Below, one piece after another: positions 62,722 through 64,000 of a stretch of DNA of 64,000 bases (positions are counted from its first letter, which is position 1; each line of letters starts with the position of its first letter). Source of the DNA: Sphyrna mokarran (taxonomy: Eukaryota); the NCBI GenBank assembly GCA_024679065.1, contig JAGIQG010000004.1, forward strand, positions 62,806,001 to 62,870,000, read 5' to 3'. The position numbers and the translations under genes were made by a program. The notes beneath the pieces were generated by a model that saw nothing but the letters and a program-made list of their open reading frames with translations, had not been told where the DNA came from and did not search any database.

Positions 62722-64000
62722 AACATAGAACAATACAGCACAAACAGGCCCTTCGGCCCACGAGTTGCACCGATCACATCTACCATTCCACAGACCTATC
62801 TATAACCCCCTATCCTATTCTTTTCCATATACTCATCCAGAAATCTTTTAAAAGACTTCAGTGAGTTTGCCTCAACAACCTCCGACGGCAGTCGGTTCCA
62901 TTCACTCACCACCCTCTGAGTGAAAAACTTATCCCTGACATCTCCTTTGTATTTGCTTCCCTGCACCTTAAATCTGTGTCCTCTCGTAGTGACCATTTCA
63001 GCTCGGGGAAATAGTCTCTGAGAGTCCACCCTATCTATTCCTCTCAACATTTTATAAACCTCTATCAGGTCGCCTCTCAACCTACGTCTCTCCAGTGAGA
63101 AGAGTCCCAGCTCCCTCAACCTATCTTCATAAGGCCTGCCTCCCAATCCAGGCAGCATCCTTGTAAATCTCCTCTGAACTCTCTCAATAGCCTCTACATC
63201 CTTCCTATAATGAGGCGACCAGAACTGCGCACAATACTCCAACTGGGGTCTGACAAGAGTCTTATAGAGCTGCATCATTACCGCCTGACTCCTAAACTCT
63301 ATCCCTCGATTAATGAAGGCCAGTACACCGTACGCCTTCTTGACCACTTTCTCCACCTGCGATTTAAGAGTCCTATGGACCCGGACCCCGAGATCTTTCT
63401 GCTCTATAACACAGCTAAGACTCCTACCCCTTATATTGTACTCCTTCATCCCATTATTCCTGCCAAAATGGACCACTACGCATTTATTCGCGTTGAAGTC
63501 CATCTGCCACTTCTCCGCCCAGTCTTGCATCCTGTCTATGTCCCACTGCAACTTTCAGCATCCCTCCAGACTATCCACAACAACACCGGCCTTTGTATCG
63601 TCGGTGAACTTACTAATCCATCCCTCCACTTCCTCATCCAGGTCATTTATGAAAATGACAAACAGCAGGGGTCCCAGAACAGATCCCTGGGGCACTCCAC
63701 CGGTTACCGACCTCCATGCAGAACAAGACCCATCCACAACCACTCTCTGCCTTCTGCCGTGAAGCCAGTTCTGGATCCACGAGGCCAAACCCCCTTGGAT
63801 CCCATGAACTCTCACCTTCTCCAGAAGCCTTGCATGTTGGACCTTATCAAACGCCTTACTAAAGTCCATGTACACTACGCCCACCGCCCTTCCTTCGTCA
63901 ATGTGTTCAGTCACATTTTTGAAGAACTCAGCTAAGCTCGTAAGGCATGATCTGCCCTTGACAAAACCATGCTGACAATTTCTAATCAGTCCAAACTTCT
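62722..64000 (-). mobile_element. CR1 RT/3' part (subfamily 'B'-like), continues beyond the window
   Basis: ORFs 62796 and 63555 with DFSKAFD, QGSVLGP and FTDD. Confidence 0.95.

Noticed and set aside
6699-63935. Long ORFs antisense to CR1 ORF2 (e.g. 6699, 19259, 28238, 63210, 63313)
   Set aside because: Shadow frames of LINE coding sequence that recur in each copy; not host genes.

Overview
Vertebrate genomic DNA, most likely from a shark or other cartilaginous fish. This is inferred from V-SINE/HE1-type SINEs and CR1 LINEs with (TTCTATG)n tails. The window is dominated by retroelements: many CR1 copies (one full-length), Rex1/Babar and L2 fragments, SINEs, a decayed Gypsy integrase, and an ERV env plus 3'LTR at the left edge. 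Hidden among them, and mostly missed by the ORF track because the exons are small, are two convergently oriented, non-rearranging immunoglobulin-superfamily receptor genes. Both have the same leader / germline-joined VJ-type V / C1 / TM layout. Gene B (minus strand, CDS 49142..42337, 261 aa) is intact, has an Arg in its TM and a 7-residue tail, and is therefore activating-type. Gene A (plus strand, ~13495..31804) has an uncharged TM and a multi-exon ITIM-bearing, SIRP-alpha-like tail, so it is inhibitory-type, but it is a pseudogene with several independent lesions. Together they look like a paired activating/inhibitory VJ-C1 receptor family. Exon boundaries were read by hand; repeat boundaries are approximate.
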